NCBI GenBank assembly: GCA_034226945.1
Contig: CP120456.1
Location: 1,054,001 to 1,118,000 of the forward strand
Reading direction: 5' to 3'
DNA: 64,000 nt
From: Picochlorum sp. SENEW3
Taxonomy: Eukaryota
The notes below the pieces were generated by a model, which searched no databases, was not told where the DNA came from, and saw nothing but the letters and a program-made list of their open reading frames with translations. This document shows positions 37,113 to 49,420 of this stretch, one piece after another; the stretch's first letter is position 1; each line of letters opens with the position of its first letter. Both the position numbers and the translations under genes were made by a program.

Positions 37113-40100
37113 TTAAACGTTGTAGTAGTACTGAGGGAAAGACGGGTGACGAGACTGTGGTGGCCAGAAATTGTGAAAGACGAAGATCTTATGCCAATCG
37201 GCCTCAGTAAAACTAGTAACTGGCCTCCAGTCGTGAACCTTATCAAGCTCCTTATGCTGAAATTTGACCAAGTAGTGGGGTGTACCATACTCGTCCTCTT
37301 TCACATCCACAATTTCTTCTACAACAAGAGGCTCCAACGAGGACGTCACAGTAGGTTCTACAAAGTCCTGAGACTGAACATGTTTCTTAAGCTTGGAAAC
37401 ATGGTAGTACGCCGTTTGGTTGCTCTTCCTATGAGGAATATCCAGCTTGTACGCTGTGTCTCCGATACGATCAATAATAGAGAATGGACCTTCATACTTT
37501 GGTGCAAGGGACCCATTTTTCTGCACTTTAGCATCAGAAATCTTGACGAATACGAGATCTCCAATGTTGAAGGAAAGAGGTCTATGATGTTGATTATAAT
37601 ACTTAGCTTGCTTTGCCTGTGCCTTGCTGAGGTGATTCTTGGCGAAATCCACGAGGTACGAAATCTTGTGGTCAGTCGTCATAAGCGAAGATGAAGACGT
37701 GGGCTTGTTAAGAAAATCTGGCATGTGCCAATCCTCTCCAAAAACTAACCTGTTTGGGGAACAACCTGTGGATGCCTGCACCGAACTATTATAAGCCATC
37801 TGTAAGGTGGGTAACGCTAAATGCCAATCCTGCGATCTGTGTTCCAACAAATATGAACGAAGCATCTGTTTGATTGTGCCATTGACGTTTTCAACCTGAC
37901 CATTGGTTTGAGGATGTTCAACCGTAGCCAGCCTGTGCTCAATGCCAACAGTCTTCATGTAAGCTCTGAAAAATTGGCCTGTAAAAGCCGACCCCCTGTC
38001 GGTGATAATCACATCAGGATGCCCAAAAAGATTGAAGAAATGGTGCCGCAGTAACTCTAAGGTTTCGGGGCCACCCACATGGACGTCACAAGGGATGAAG
38101 ACAGCAAATTTAGTCAACCTGTCAACAACAACCAAAATGCCATTGGAACCCAATGAGGTTCTACGAAATGGGCCTACAAAATCCATGTGAATGATGCCAA
38201 AACGCCGATTAGGGATTTCCAGCGACTGTAACAATCCTGCAGGAGCTTTGCCGAGAGTGCTTGGAACAAGCACAGACTGGACATGCTGAGATGTAGCGAC
38301 GCAGCTGATTATACATCCCAGGCCAATAGTATTTAATTTTAAGCTTCTGATAGCATTTATCTATACCCATGTGCGCGCCCTGGTGCTCATTATTATGGTA
38401 GTAGTGAAGCAATTTACCTCGCAACATGTCTGGGACATACAAACATGATGGTGGGCCATTGTCGCGCTGAGCCAATGGCCAATGGTAGATAACACCATCA
38501 CGGACCACCAATTCTTTCGGAATAGGAAGTGTAGTTGACTTTGAATGTAAGAGAGCCTGAGCAATTGCATCCGAGGCATACGCAGCTTGTACCTGAGATA
38601 TCCAAGTGTCCCCTGCCAAGGTGAGTTGAACCGCTGCATACACAAAAGGGATAGACTCCTCTCTAAGGTGGCGCTTAAGCAATACTCGATTAATGTCTGC
38701 AGGGTGATGCTCTTGAAAGATGGCTAAGGAAGACCAAGGGCATACGGAGGGAGGGCCCTCCAAGTGGACTGCAGCAACCACCAGCTCATGATCTGGGCGC
38801 CTGCTTAAGCCGTCAGCAACAATATTTGTTTCACCTTTCTGATACTCTATTGACAGTTCTGGGCCCCATTCAAGCAATTCACACATCCACCTGACATGCC
38901 TTGATGACTGAGAAACGGCAATACTTTGCTGGAACTTGTGGACTAATGGACGATGATCAGTCCTGATCACGACCTTTTCACCAAAAATCAAAGGCTTCCA
39001 CTTGTCCAGAGCTGCCATGATGGCAAGCCATTCACGATCAAAGGTACTATAATTTCGCTGAGCTTGGTTAAGCGAAACGCTCATATAAGAGATTGGAAAT
39101 AATGCATCGGTATGGTACTGCTGTAAGACTGCCCCAACAGCGATGAGACTGGCATCCGTATTGATATAGAAAGGTTGATCTGGAATGGGCAACCTCAAGA
39201 GGGGAGGCTTGCTCAGTAACTGCTTTAACCCTTCAAACGCTGACTGATGCTGGGCGGTCCACTGAAATGTGACTTTGGAACTGGTGAGTTGATTGAGCGG
39301 AGCAGCCAACGCCGCAAAATTCGCAATGTACTGGCGATAATAATTGCACAACCCAAGAAATTGGCGGACATGCTTCGTGTTGGCAGGCACTGGCCACGCT
39401 TGGATGGCATCAAAGCTGACTTGCACTGGTTGCAATCCATGCTTGGAAAGGCGACTCCCTAAAAATTGGACTTCTTCTTGGAAAAAATGACATTTTTCAG
39501 GCGCGATGCGATAGTCCTCTTTGCTAGAGCGGCAAACAGGCGCTCCAGAATAGACTCATGCTCCTCATGAGTGCAAGTGCCGACAATGATGTCATCGAGA
39601 TACACCGCAGCATGATCTCGGAGATCATAGCGACGCAGCAAATCCGAAGTAAGGCGCTGCATAATGCTCGGTGCATTGCATAATCCAAAAGGCATGACAC
39701 GCCATTGATATAAACCCTCATGGGTAATGAATGCTGTCAGGTGGCAATGGTCAGGATTTACCAAAACCTGATGATACGCCGACTTCAGGTCGATCACACT
39801 AAATATGGATTTGCCTCCAAACTGTGCTATCAGGTCATCCGTATGAGGAATAGGAAATCTGTTAGGTATTGTGACAGCATTCAAGCATTTGAAATCAAAG
39901 ACTAACCGATCCTTACGGTTTGGTTCATGAACGATAAAAGCTGGAGAAGCCCAGGCTGATTGTGAATACTCTATAAACCCAAGCTTGAGAAGCTTGTCGA
40001 CTTCCTGTCGAATCTTTGTTCGGTCCTTGGGGCCACAACGACGCGCTTTCTGAGACGAAGGAGAAGCCCCCGGCACTAATTGTATGTCGCAATTAATAGA

Positions 40101-40613
40101 GCGCTGTGGGGGCAACCCTGACGGTGGCTCAAAAACGCATGAGTACTTCAAGATGCAAGGAGGAATGTGGCTCATGTGTGAAGAAGCCATAACTTGCCTG
40201 CCAATAGGATAGATGGAGGTGGAAAACCACTGCTCCTGATACTCAAAACGAAGTTCATGTGTACCATGGTTGATGATGGCCTGGTGATCCTCAAACCACG
40301 GCACTCCGAGAGTAACATCTGCCACTTGGGGCATGACAACGAATGCCAGGACAGCTGAGTATTCCTGAATTGCGATGCGCAACTGAATGACTTCAGACAA
40401 AGAGGCTGAATGGGCAACCCCTGACGCCAATGTGACCGACAATGGCTGACGCAAACGCTGCGTAGGTAAAGAATGTCTGGTAACCAAGGCCTGGTCGATA
40501 ACGTTGGCCGAGCACGCCGTGTCGAGCAATATGTGCACCGGAATTGTCGATGACTGGGCATCATATAGGGTGCCCACGGCGATCGGTGGAAACCCGACTG
40601 TGACGGAGGCCAA
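37113..40613 (-). pseudogene. Gypsy pol: protease, RT, RNase H, integrase, chromodomain; frameshifts near 39480 and 38270
   Basis: LLDTAC, DLKSAYHQ, MPFGLCNAP, YLDD, TDAS, TDHRPL, N..ADGLSR, HMG..CPVC, HMDFV, TDRG, GQVE, PKYEGPF; chromodomain VEEIVD..YLVKF..DW. Confidence 0.92.
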
Positions 40614-40744
40614 CTCTGCATAGAAATGTGAAGGACATCAGGAGGTTACAGAACACTACCCGAATTAAGAAAGAGAGAAAGCCAAAACCGGGATGCATGC
40701 CGATTCAATGCCGAATTGACGAGACAATAGTGGAAACTAGGGAG

Positions 40745-41100
40745 GTCATGACCCTTGTTGGACGCAGCAAGGGTGCAAGCAGTTGCTTTCATCAACCTCG
40801 TTTGTGATTCTTGGGGTGACCACTGGTGGACGCAGCAGTGGTGCGATAGACGCTTCACCAGCCAAGGCAATTTCATGCTTATAACCACTGGAGGACACAA
40901 CAGTGGGGCGAGAAGTAGCTCTGTATGATTCTTGGGGTGACCACTGATGGACACAGCAGTGGTGCGATGAACGCTTCACCAACCAAGGCAATATGGTTCT
41001 TGGGATGACCACTGATGGACACAGCAGCGGGCGACGGACGCATTCATCAACCAAGGCAATATCATGGGGGTAGATTACCAAACGGTGGACACACCATTGA
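40745..41100. repeat. Degenerate ~55-65 bp tandem repeats between gag and pol
   Basis: Recurring core GACCACTG.TGGAC.CAGCAGTG and flanking CCAAGGCAAT, about 5-6 units. Confidence 0.75.
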
Positions 41101-41177
41101 TACGAGCAATTGGAACTGCTCAACCCGAAAATATCTAAAGAGGGGACGTTACCCAGAAAAGACCGAAAATGTAAGAA

Positions 41178-41972
41178 TTACTCACCGTCATATTTGAACG
41201 AAGGGGCTTGTAGCCCTGCCTCTGGCTGCATAGTCTGAGCTGCATGCGTAACTGGAGGCCGCCTCCAGCGCGGGTCTTGTCTGCGCTGACGATCCGACCC
41301 GTTATTGCGCTTGAACTGAGGAGGCGCATAGGAATGCTTCAACTGCTGCACCTGTGTGCGAATATCCTGCGTCGAGGTAATGGACTCAATATCAAGCTTC
41401 TTACGCAGCGGATTCGGCAAACTCTTGGCCATAGCTAAGGCAATAAACGCGTGGCTGTTGGCATGAAACCATGACAAAAAGGCTGGGTTATTGGCAAGAG
41501 CGTGCATGTCATCGAGAGTGCTAAGCACTCGCTCAACAGCAGCCGTATTAGGCAAAACAGGCAAGTTCCAAAAGCATAACTGAGGCAACGTTTCCGCCAC
41601 TGGAGGAAACAGTTTCTGCAAGGTTGCGGTAAAGTCGTCTAGACTCATCTGTAGGTACACGTCGACGGGTTTCAATTCCAAACGCATACAGAATTGCTGA
41701 ATAATTTCGTCATCAGCCAATTGAAAACGATTTCGCATAACCTTAACCTGGGTCTCGACAAAAGCTTCCACCGAGGAAAAACTCTCCAAGGAAGGCATAA
41801 CCTGGTAATAGCCTCCACCCAGTTGAGAAACCATAGATGACCCCGCCGCATTCACACTGGCCGATCCGGATCCCATTAAGGCCTGTGGAGTAGATTGAGG
41901 ATCCGAGGGCATCTCCGGGCGAGCTCGCTTAGTGGACGCGCGAGTGCTGCGACGAGGCGGCATAGCTAGCAC
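41178..41972 (-). CDS. Gypsy gag-like ORF
   Basis: First ORF after the PBS, with a helical core and R/Q-rich C-terminus. Confidence 0.7.
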   Translation of the reverse strand: MLAMPPRRSTRASTKRARPEMPSDPQSTPQALMGSGSASVNAAGSSMVSQLGGGYYQVMPSLESFSSVEAFVETQVKVMRNRFQLADDEIIQQFCMRLELKPVDVYLQMSLDDFTATLQKLFPPVAETLPQLCFWNLPVLPNTAAVERVLSTLDDMHALANNPAFLSWFHANSHAFIALAMAKSLPNPLRKKLDIESITSTQDIRTQVQQLKHSYAPPQFKRNNGSDRQRRQDPRWRRPPVTHAAQTMQPEAGLQAPSFKYDGE

Positions 41973-42092
41973 AATTTCTGTCGGGGAAATTCGATTCTGT
42001 CAGCTCCACCAATGTAAGTAGGAAGGAAGATCACCTACTTAATATATCTAATTAAGACCTGATTAATCTATAATAATAACTCCTAGATGGAA

Positions 42093-42620
42093 CAGCTCAA
42101 AATTTTAAATTTCGTTAGGTAAATCGCATTAAAACGAATTTAGATTAAAATGAGCACATATTCTGGGGAGTAGCCAACGAAAATTGAATAAAAGTTCCAA
42201 TTTTTTTGGCAATTCCCCTGCTTGACAGTCTTTGCCTATCCAGCAACCCTTTTGACCGATGATATTGATCGACTCATTGATCTTCTTCTTTTCCCATCAA
42301 ATGTCCCTCTTGACAGGCAAATCGACTGCGACTTGCGAGTCATAAACTGCTGACTGGGGTTGCCCCTGAGCATGCTACACATCCATACCCTGCCACTCAA
42401 TGATCCAGAGGATTCACAGAGCTCAAATCTCTTAGATCCTGTATGAAATGCCCTTGTTAGGTCAACCAGAACAGAGGCTGACGAAAATTGAATAAAAGAA
42501 ACAAGGCATTTGAAGCTGACCAACGAAATTTGATTAATATGAAGGGGCAAAATTTCCTCGCGCTTCGCACGACGAAATTCAATATTTTAATCAATAAAAC
42601 GAAATTAAAAAATTTTCCTG
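42093..42620. mobile_element. MITE-like insertion in the 5' LTR
   Basis: Absent from the other LTR; inverted ends AAAATTTTAAATTTCGTT / AACGAAATTAAAAATTTTCCTG-TA; repeated ACGAAAATTGAATAAAAG. Confidence 0.6.
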
Positions 42621-42832
42621 TATGTTGATCTTCATGGATACATTCAGATGATAAGAGATGCTCTAGATCTCTAGGATGGACCCGTGGGAGATCCGAGGGG
42701 GTCCATCACATCCAAGGCTTCCTTAAAAAGACGATATGAGAAGATCAAGGAGACAAGAGTGTCTCCCTGCATGCGATGTTGATATTATTTACAACACAGT
42801 GCATATTTTACGTAGCGGTAACAAAAATATCT

Positions 42833-43234
42833 TTATGTGCGTTGATACATTTGTTGGTACATTCCTTTGCAAAATGGATCACCAACCATCAAAGGGTCGT
42901 TGTACCCCAGGGCAGTGTGTGACTGGAACTCTCTAATCATCTTTGTTTCAACCGCATTAGCTTCTCTCTTACTCTGTACAATGTCTAAAATATATACCTT
43001 GAACACATCAGTCCAGGTCTCAGACGTCTTTTGCAATGCCTGGACATCCTTTCTCATCTTTCGAACAGGTCTCTTTTGGTGCGCTCGAATCCGAGTGAGC
43101 AAAGCTTGCTTCGTTTGTCCTATATATACTTTGTTATTGTGCACATGCTTGATGCAATACACTATGAAATGCCCTGGAGACTCTGCAGTGAGCTTCTCAA
43201 GGTCCACGTTGTATTTCAACTTTGAGTGAGCCAT
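42833..43234 (-). CDS. GIY-YIG endonuclease (stand-alone, 133 aa)
   Basis: FIVYCIK..NNKVYIGQT..LLTRIRAH..AVETKMI..GYN: both tyrosine motifs plus the conserved R, E and N. Confidence 0.85.
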   Translation of the reverse strand: MAHSKLKYNVDLEKLTAESPGHFIVYCIKHVHNNKVYIGQTKQALLTRIRAHQKRPVRKMRKDVQALQKTSETWTDVFKVYILDIVQSKREANAVETKMIREFQSHTALGYNDPLMVGDPFCKGMYQQMYQRT

Positions 43235-43486
43235 TCAGTATTACTGCAACCGCATAACAGCCATATATCATGTCATATACAACAGTATTATGATATGGTT
43301 ACCTTTGCAATGCCAGTGTTGCGTATCGTATGACATTTAAATGGGTGCATGCCGGCATGGCGCAATCCCATGGCCATGGCCAAGCCAATTTGCAACTTTT
43401 GCATTGCAATTGCTATTTACCTGTGACTGTCCTATCCGTATCCAAAGCATACTTTATTTCATCATTTCGTTATCAAAAAAGCATAC

Positions 43487-44553
43487 ATGAGTGGCAGTCT
43501 TTCGTCAAGATCTTCTGCCAGTAGTGATAACCAAGGTGACGACATGAACTCTAGTGGCAAACAAATACACATTTATGTCGACAAACAACTGCGTCAGTCA
43601 TTTAGTGTGTGTAAAACACTGTCACAAGATAAGCAAGAAGTACAAATAACTGCTACTTTGTTACAAGTGTTGTTCGACGACACTCGAGACGGTGACATTA
43701 TTCTGAGTTCGGTTCGGATTACGACGACACCTGAGGCAGAGCCTGTAGCAACAGATGAATTACAGAAATATGCTACAAATAAGGTTTTATTCACAGTTAC
43801 AGTATCAAAGTTGCTTGCTATCAATACGGAATCTGAGATCACTCTCTGGTTCATGACACCAGCTGGGCAGGCCAAGGCTGCTCAGGACGCTCTTCATGCT
43901 GCTGCGAAGCGTATGAAAACCAGTCATGATGACCAGGATGCATTACCACTAGATCAACAATTTGTTCATGAACTTGTGACTGACATTGCTCAAACATTCA
44001 TGTCTAAAGATGACATTCATTCAAAGATATGTGTTCAAATGTACCCATGTCTCTTGACACGTATCCTTGGTCATAATCGCGCGTATCATGATATTGCTAT
44101 AAAGTACGTTGCATTATATACTCTGAATACATCTTCAAAACATTCAATAGACTGCACAAGCAACTGCCTATTGCAGAGCAATCACATCATACAGGTCTAA
44201 TTTCAGAAGGCGTGTGATGCATAAACAAAGCAAGACCACAACACCCTCAACTACTGGATCTGGTAGTAGGTACGTCACTGCTAAGTGCATCATGTATATT
44301 GGTCAGGAACATATACGTGTATTCATAATCTTGCAGTAAGGATACTAAGCAACACGACTTCATGGACTGTTCATTGCTGGCAGACAATCTCCTGAACTTG
44401 GTATCAGACCTTCAAAGATTAAGTGACAAGCGGTCGTCTTGCATTATCAAATCTATTGCAAGACAGGTCTATAGTATGCTGTATGTAAATAGGGATAATG
44501 CAACACCAGATTTACCAAGTCATTTGAAGTGCACACTCATGATTGATATGTAA
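43487..44553 (+). CDS. Helitron accessory gene, 3 exons (43487-44103, 44177-44269, 44337-44553), unknown function
   Basis: Two GTACGT..TTGCAG introns, both phase 2, join ORF 43487 to ORF 44362..44553 without stops. Confidence 0.7.
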
Positions 44554-45506
44554 ACCCTTGACCTGCGTCTCACAATGTAAGTTAATCTTATTTAAAAGGG
44601 ACTTCTTATATTTGCATTCGTATATGCACTAATACAACGCAACAGCGTGTTATTCTGCCAACAAAATGATGCTGTCCACCATCATCATACCAATAGCAAG
44701 CCTTAAAAGCAGGTGATCTATCTATGGTGCCCACCAAACCAGCTCAAATCCAATTCTTCTGTAATTTACATACATAGTAAGTTAATTAAAATCCAGTACT
44801 GTGCTATAGATACCAACTACAGGTGCGCACGGACAATCGACCGTTAATGACGCCCAGATTTGGCCACGTCCTGTAGCCCTGGGCGGTATTTATGGGCAGA
44901 GAGATATACCATCTTATGTATCATATGTATTTGTATTTCTATAGCGCTTCAACGGCGGTAATACGGCACCACAAAAATTCGGGCATCTGAATTTACGCGA
45001 ATTTTTCGCTAAATCGACGCTCGCAAACGCAGCGTGGCCGGCTTCGTACCCCTCGCAGTCTCAATAACCTTATATTACAATACTAGTCATTTTTATGTAC
45101 ACAGTGTAATTTATCCTGCTGCAGGGAAGCGGGAATCGCGTTTGTGGTTACAGCTATATAAAGTTTTTCCCCCAAAGTACCACTTGCTGCGGCATTCCCG
45201 CTTATAAGCGCTTATCCCGCTAGCGGGATCACCGCCGTATTTGAGGGTGGCGCCCAATGGCCAAAACCCCAAAACTCGGCGGCGTTCCCGCTTATAAGCC
45301 GGATCACCGCCGTGTTTCCAAACCCCATTCTGAAAATATGGCGGCATTCCCGCTTAGACTAATTTGAATTTTGGGTGAGCGTCGGAGAGTTTATGCTTTC
45401 AAATTCATATGATGGATAGTAAGCAATAGATATTGTTTAATTGTAAGGGCTATATAAAGGCAATCAATCGCCAGAGTCGCACTGGTGGCAACGCTTCACG
45501 GGACTC

Positions 45507-46997
45507 ATGGGCGACCAGGACTCTCCACCACTGTGGACTCAGGAGCAGGGCAGAGTGCTTCAAGGTCTAGATATCATACCCTTTGATCCACAGAAATGTG
45601 AAAAGGACTTTTGGGACCTGCGCCGCGGGACTGATGCCTTCGACCAGGCTCTCGGAGCACGGGTTGAGGCAGGGAAGCTGTATGAGATATCTGGGGAGCG
45701 ATATTACACGTCCTTGAGGAGACAGGGACGACTGCGTCTTCCAATTCAGACGTTTGACGATGCCAATATCATCTACTTGAAAAGAATATGCTATGCGTTT
45801 GGCGGCGAAGACATACCGCGCGACGAAGACCTGCGCGAATATCTGGTCTTCAATAACGGGTTCTGGCCGCTGCGTACCAGGCCATATATTGTCGCGTGCC
45901 CATCTGCTTTATCGCTGCCTTCCAGTGTGATTTCGTTTCCTTGTATATTGAATATATATGAGGTTGATGAGCCCGCAACCATGCCGAAGTCAGTGCCCAA
46001 GTATGCCAAGGACTTGATGCAATTCCACCTGTTAGTGATGAAGCAAGATATGCCGATCTTGTTGTTTGACGATGACGTTGCAGACCTTGTTGGGATGTGT
46101 ATTTTCGTCCTCAAAGACCCTGACATGAATACACTTGATCGAGGCGTACCTGTCTGCGAGTTCTTCCTTGTTTCTTTGAGCAAAGAAGAAGAGCAGGTTT
46201 TGACTCACACTGGCATCCAAGTTCTTTCAGACCATTATATGCAGCATACGATTCCGAGGGATCGATGCAGTATTGAAAAAGAATATTTAAATCCTCAAAA
46301 TTTGAGTGAGTATCCCTGGCAGAGAAGACCTACGCGTGAGGGTCGTCCTTCGTATGAATGTGGGCAAAGTGTCATTAGGAGGAAAGATGGTGTTTGGGGT
46401 ATGATTCTACAAGAACGGGAACATATCGACGCAGAGACGGGAGATCTCCACCGAGAATTCGGGATATCATGCGACAAAGACATTTTGAAAGAAGGAAAGC
46501 TGAAGCCTGGGCACAGATTGAAATATTACCCCACATCCGAAATAATGGGAGTGTTTGCATGCCCGCCAGTGCGTTTTCCTATTCATCCAACAAAAATTGG
46601 GCAGCGAGTGGTGGTGTACGGTGCTGGTAATTCCAACAAACTATCCATTCCAGACGGGTCTTGTGGTGTCGTGAATGCTGTCATCGAGGATGGTCCGAGA
46701 ACCTCCTTGATGTGCACCGTGGCTGTGCAAGAAGAATATCCCAGCATGGAGACAACACAGATTGACGTGAAATTAAAGTATACGAGATTTTTGTTGCTCG
46801 ACAACGAACAGTATGTATCTCATCAACCTTCAGATTATGATAATGCGAACATTCCGCGCAGGATCATTTACAAATTCGAAAATCTGACCTTTTGCGAGAT
46901 CAAAAAGCTGTTTGAGACAGCGGAGAAGAGCAGACTGGTTCACAAATGTAGCAAAGGTACGATCTCACGAACAACTTCAATTCGATGCCCTTGCTGA
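45507..46997 (+). CDS. MULE-internal ORF, unknown function (possibly an N-terminal exon of the transposase)
   Basis: 496 aa ATG ORF inside the TIRs, just upstream of the transposase. Confidence 0.6.
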   Translation: MGDQDSPPLWTQEQGRVLQGLDIIPFDPQKCEKDFWDLRRGTDAFDQALGARVEAGKLYEISGERYYTSLRRQGRLRLPIQTFDDANIIYLKRICYAFGGEDIPRDEDLREYLVFNNGFWPLRTRPYIVACPSALSLPSSVISFPCILNIYEVDEPATMPKSVPKYAKDLMQFHLLVMKQDMPILLFDDDVADLVGMCIFVLKDPDMNTLDRGVPVCEFFLVSLSKEEEQVLTHTGIQVLSDHYMQHTIPRDRCSIEKEYLNPQNLSEYPWQRRPTREGRPSYECGQSVIRRKDGVWGMILQEREHIDAETGDLHREFGISCDKDILKEGKLKPGHRLKYYPTSEIMGVFACPPVRFPIHPTKIGQRVVVYGAGNSNKLSIPDGSCGVVNAVIEDGPRTSLMCTVAVQEEYPSMETTQIDVKLKYTRFLLLDNEQYVSHQPSDYDNANIPRRIIYKFENLTFCEIKKLFETAEKSRLVHKCSKGTISRTTSIRCPC

Positions 46998-47045
46998 TCC
47001 ATCATCACCACTTTCGCCATCCAGGTAACGAGAGTTTGGTGCCAG

Positions 47046-49420
47046 GTGACGATACCCTTGACATCTTGGAGCGGAAGAGGAAGGAAGCGCGGGCATCAGG
47101 ACTATGTGGCATGGTTGGCTTCTTGTGTCCATTCCGACCCGTTCTTTGGCAAGACCTGCGAGCGTCGAGCCAATGAACGCTCCGAAACATATGTGGCATT
47201 GCAAAAGCCGACGGAGACCATTGCTGTACTGACTTGCTCAAGGGGACAGCAGAAAGCAGTGCCGGCAACAAGCAAGCAAGGAAAGAAAGTCAACTGCGAA
47301 TACAGAACCCGCCTCACAAAGTTTCGATACGAGGATGCCATCTACGCTGAGGCACTTCAGACCCACACAAATCACGAACCGGGTTCTGGAGATTACCACG
47401 AGCCTGAGACACCTCGACTGAAGAGGGCATTGGATGACCTGTACGACCTTGGATTCAAACCTGCAAAGGCTGTCAACGTTATCAAGTATCAGACAGGTGC
47501 CACCCGGCATGATCTCACGGTTGAGGAACGACATCTCTTGAATAAGACGATGGCAATTAGAGTCAAAAAAGCATACAACAAGCGACAGGCCTCCGGGAAC
47601 GACCTGGATGCTTGCGAGGCTCTGTACAATCAACACCGCGAACACTTTCTATACTTTGAGCGAGGCGACGATGTGCAGATCGCGATTTGCAGCCCAGAGC
47701 AAAGAAAGGTGATGAAAGCCTGCCATACAATGGTGTTCGCTGATGCTGTGCATTGCCTGAATCGAAAAGGTGATGTGACATTGGCTCTCCTGGTGCGAGA
47801 TCCATATGGCATGGGCTTCCCAGTGGCCTACTGCATATGCTCGGGGGGCGAGGATTCCACCAAATGGAAAAAATTCATCAGAGCCGTTGTAGATGCATGT
47901 GATGTACAGATCGATGACATCACCTTCATGATTGACAAATCCACATGCTGCATCTCTGCTTTGGACCAGCTCAACTGCTTCTGGGTCCTGTGTGCTTTCC
48001 ATTTCATGCAGAGCATCGGGCGCAAAATGAAAAGCCACGGCAGTGGCGTGTCTGGACGCAGTGATCGCGACAAATCCAACCGAAACACAATCTTCAGATA
48101 TGTCAACAGCCTCAGGCTCGTCAAGGACGAGGGTGCCTTTGATTCTGTGGCGTATGAATTCATGACCTTCCTGGAGAATGAAAACCTGGCCGAGATGAAG
48201 GAATATTTCATCAAAAATTGGATGACAATCAGCGATCGGTGGTCTCAATATGGAAGGAAACACATTGCCTTCTTGAAATCAAACACCAACAATCTGATTG
48301 AGCGGCTCTTCAGGACTGTCCAAGAAGAGTTCCTTGACAGGGAGAGACTGGGTCGCAGAGATAGCCTCATCCTAAAATTCCTCGACGAAGTAACACCACG
48401 ATACCTTGATCGACTGCAGAAGCGATTACAAGGGGCCGAAAAGGCCAATGCGCGAGTGAACCAAAACAAGCATTTGACAGGTGTCGACACGTGTGGCAGA
48501 ACCATGCAGCCCTATTGTGCCACTGGCCAGGGGTCCCTCAGCGACTCGTGCCTCATCAAATTCAATGTGGATAATCAGATGTTCTACTGCTGTACCGGAG
48601 ACCTCAGCTGCACTTGTGATGACAACGACGACGACATTTGTATGCATGTCGAAGCTGCCATGAAAAGTACCCCATCACCTACGAGATGGTGAGAAAGGTG
48701 GCGTCTGTCGTGAAAAGCCGCCAACACGAGTATGTCCAGAAGATGGCGACACCAGCTCCGTTTCATGGTGCAGAAGACCATCATGTGGAATTGTCCGATG
48801 TCGAGATTGATGAGGACAACACGGTGTATCAATGCTTGCCGGTGTGCTTTTACCACCTGGGACCAAAACCACGCAGAAAGTACTTTGTCAACATGTACTA
48901 CAAAACGTGCACGTGTCATTGCTTTTCCTTCTTCGGCACATGTCCACATGTCATAGCGTTAGGCGCTACGGATGAAGACGATATGGATCCTGCGGAGAAA
49001 CTCCAGAAATCTGTCCAGATCAGGAACGACAATCATGTCAACGCGGAGTGGGAACGAGCCTTAGTTCAGGCCTTTCCCGCACCAAGCCATGGCTCAAGCT
49101 GCGACATCTTGACGCTTGGAAGACGGCAAATCACGGACCCTAGGATGCTGACCAAAATACAGTTCAACAACGACCAGAGAGTCGCATCCTCGATCCTCGA
49201 CGAATTGCCCCGACATCTTGATGGCCGGTTCATGGGCTCCATCAGACATTCATGCAGGGCATCCGACAATTGCAGGAGATTGGCATCAACGAGTGTCGGA
49301 ACCAGAATACCAATCCAGCCCCTGCATTCAATGCCAATATGGCCTACATCCCTCCTCAACCAAGCTGGCACAGGAACCCCAACCCCAGCAATTCTGTGGC
49401 GCAATACGAGGACATGGTGA
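47046..49420 (+). pseudogene. MULE transposase with WRKY/FLYWCH-like finger, DDE core and two SWIM fingers; frameshift near 48665
   Basis: C..C..HTNH, FADAVH, GFPVAY, FMIDKS, LCAFH, NTNNLIERLF, CTC..CMH, CTC..CPH. Confidence 0.85.

Larger units (their letters stand above)
36909..42710 (-). mobile_element. Ty3/Gypsy chromovirus-like LTR retrotransposon nested in the Helitron
   Basis: TG..CA LTRs at 36909..37071 and 42013..42710 (the latter interrupted); 5-bp TSD TCCAA; PPT at 37072-37083; PBS at 41990-42011. Confidence 0.93.

Noticed and set aside
40745..41100. CRISPR-like array
   Set aside because: Units are degenerate with no unique spacers, there are no cas genes, and the context is a eukaryotic retrotransposon
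44740..45171. Possible extra-long MULE TIR pairing with 51825-52250
   Set aside because: It lies outside the 9-bp TSD and belongs to the Helitron 5' region
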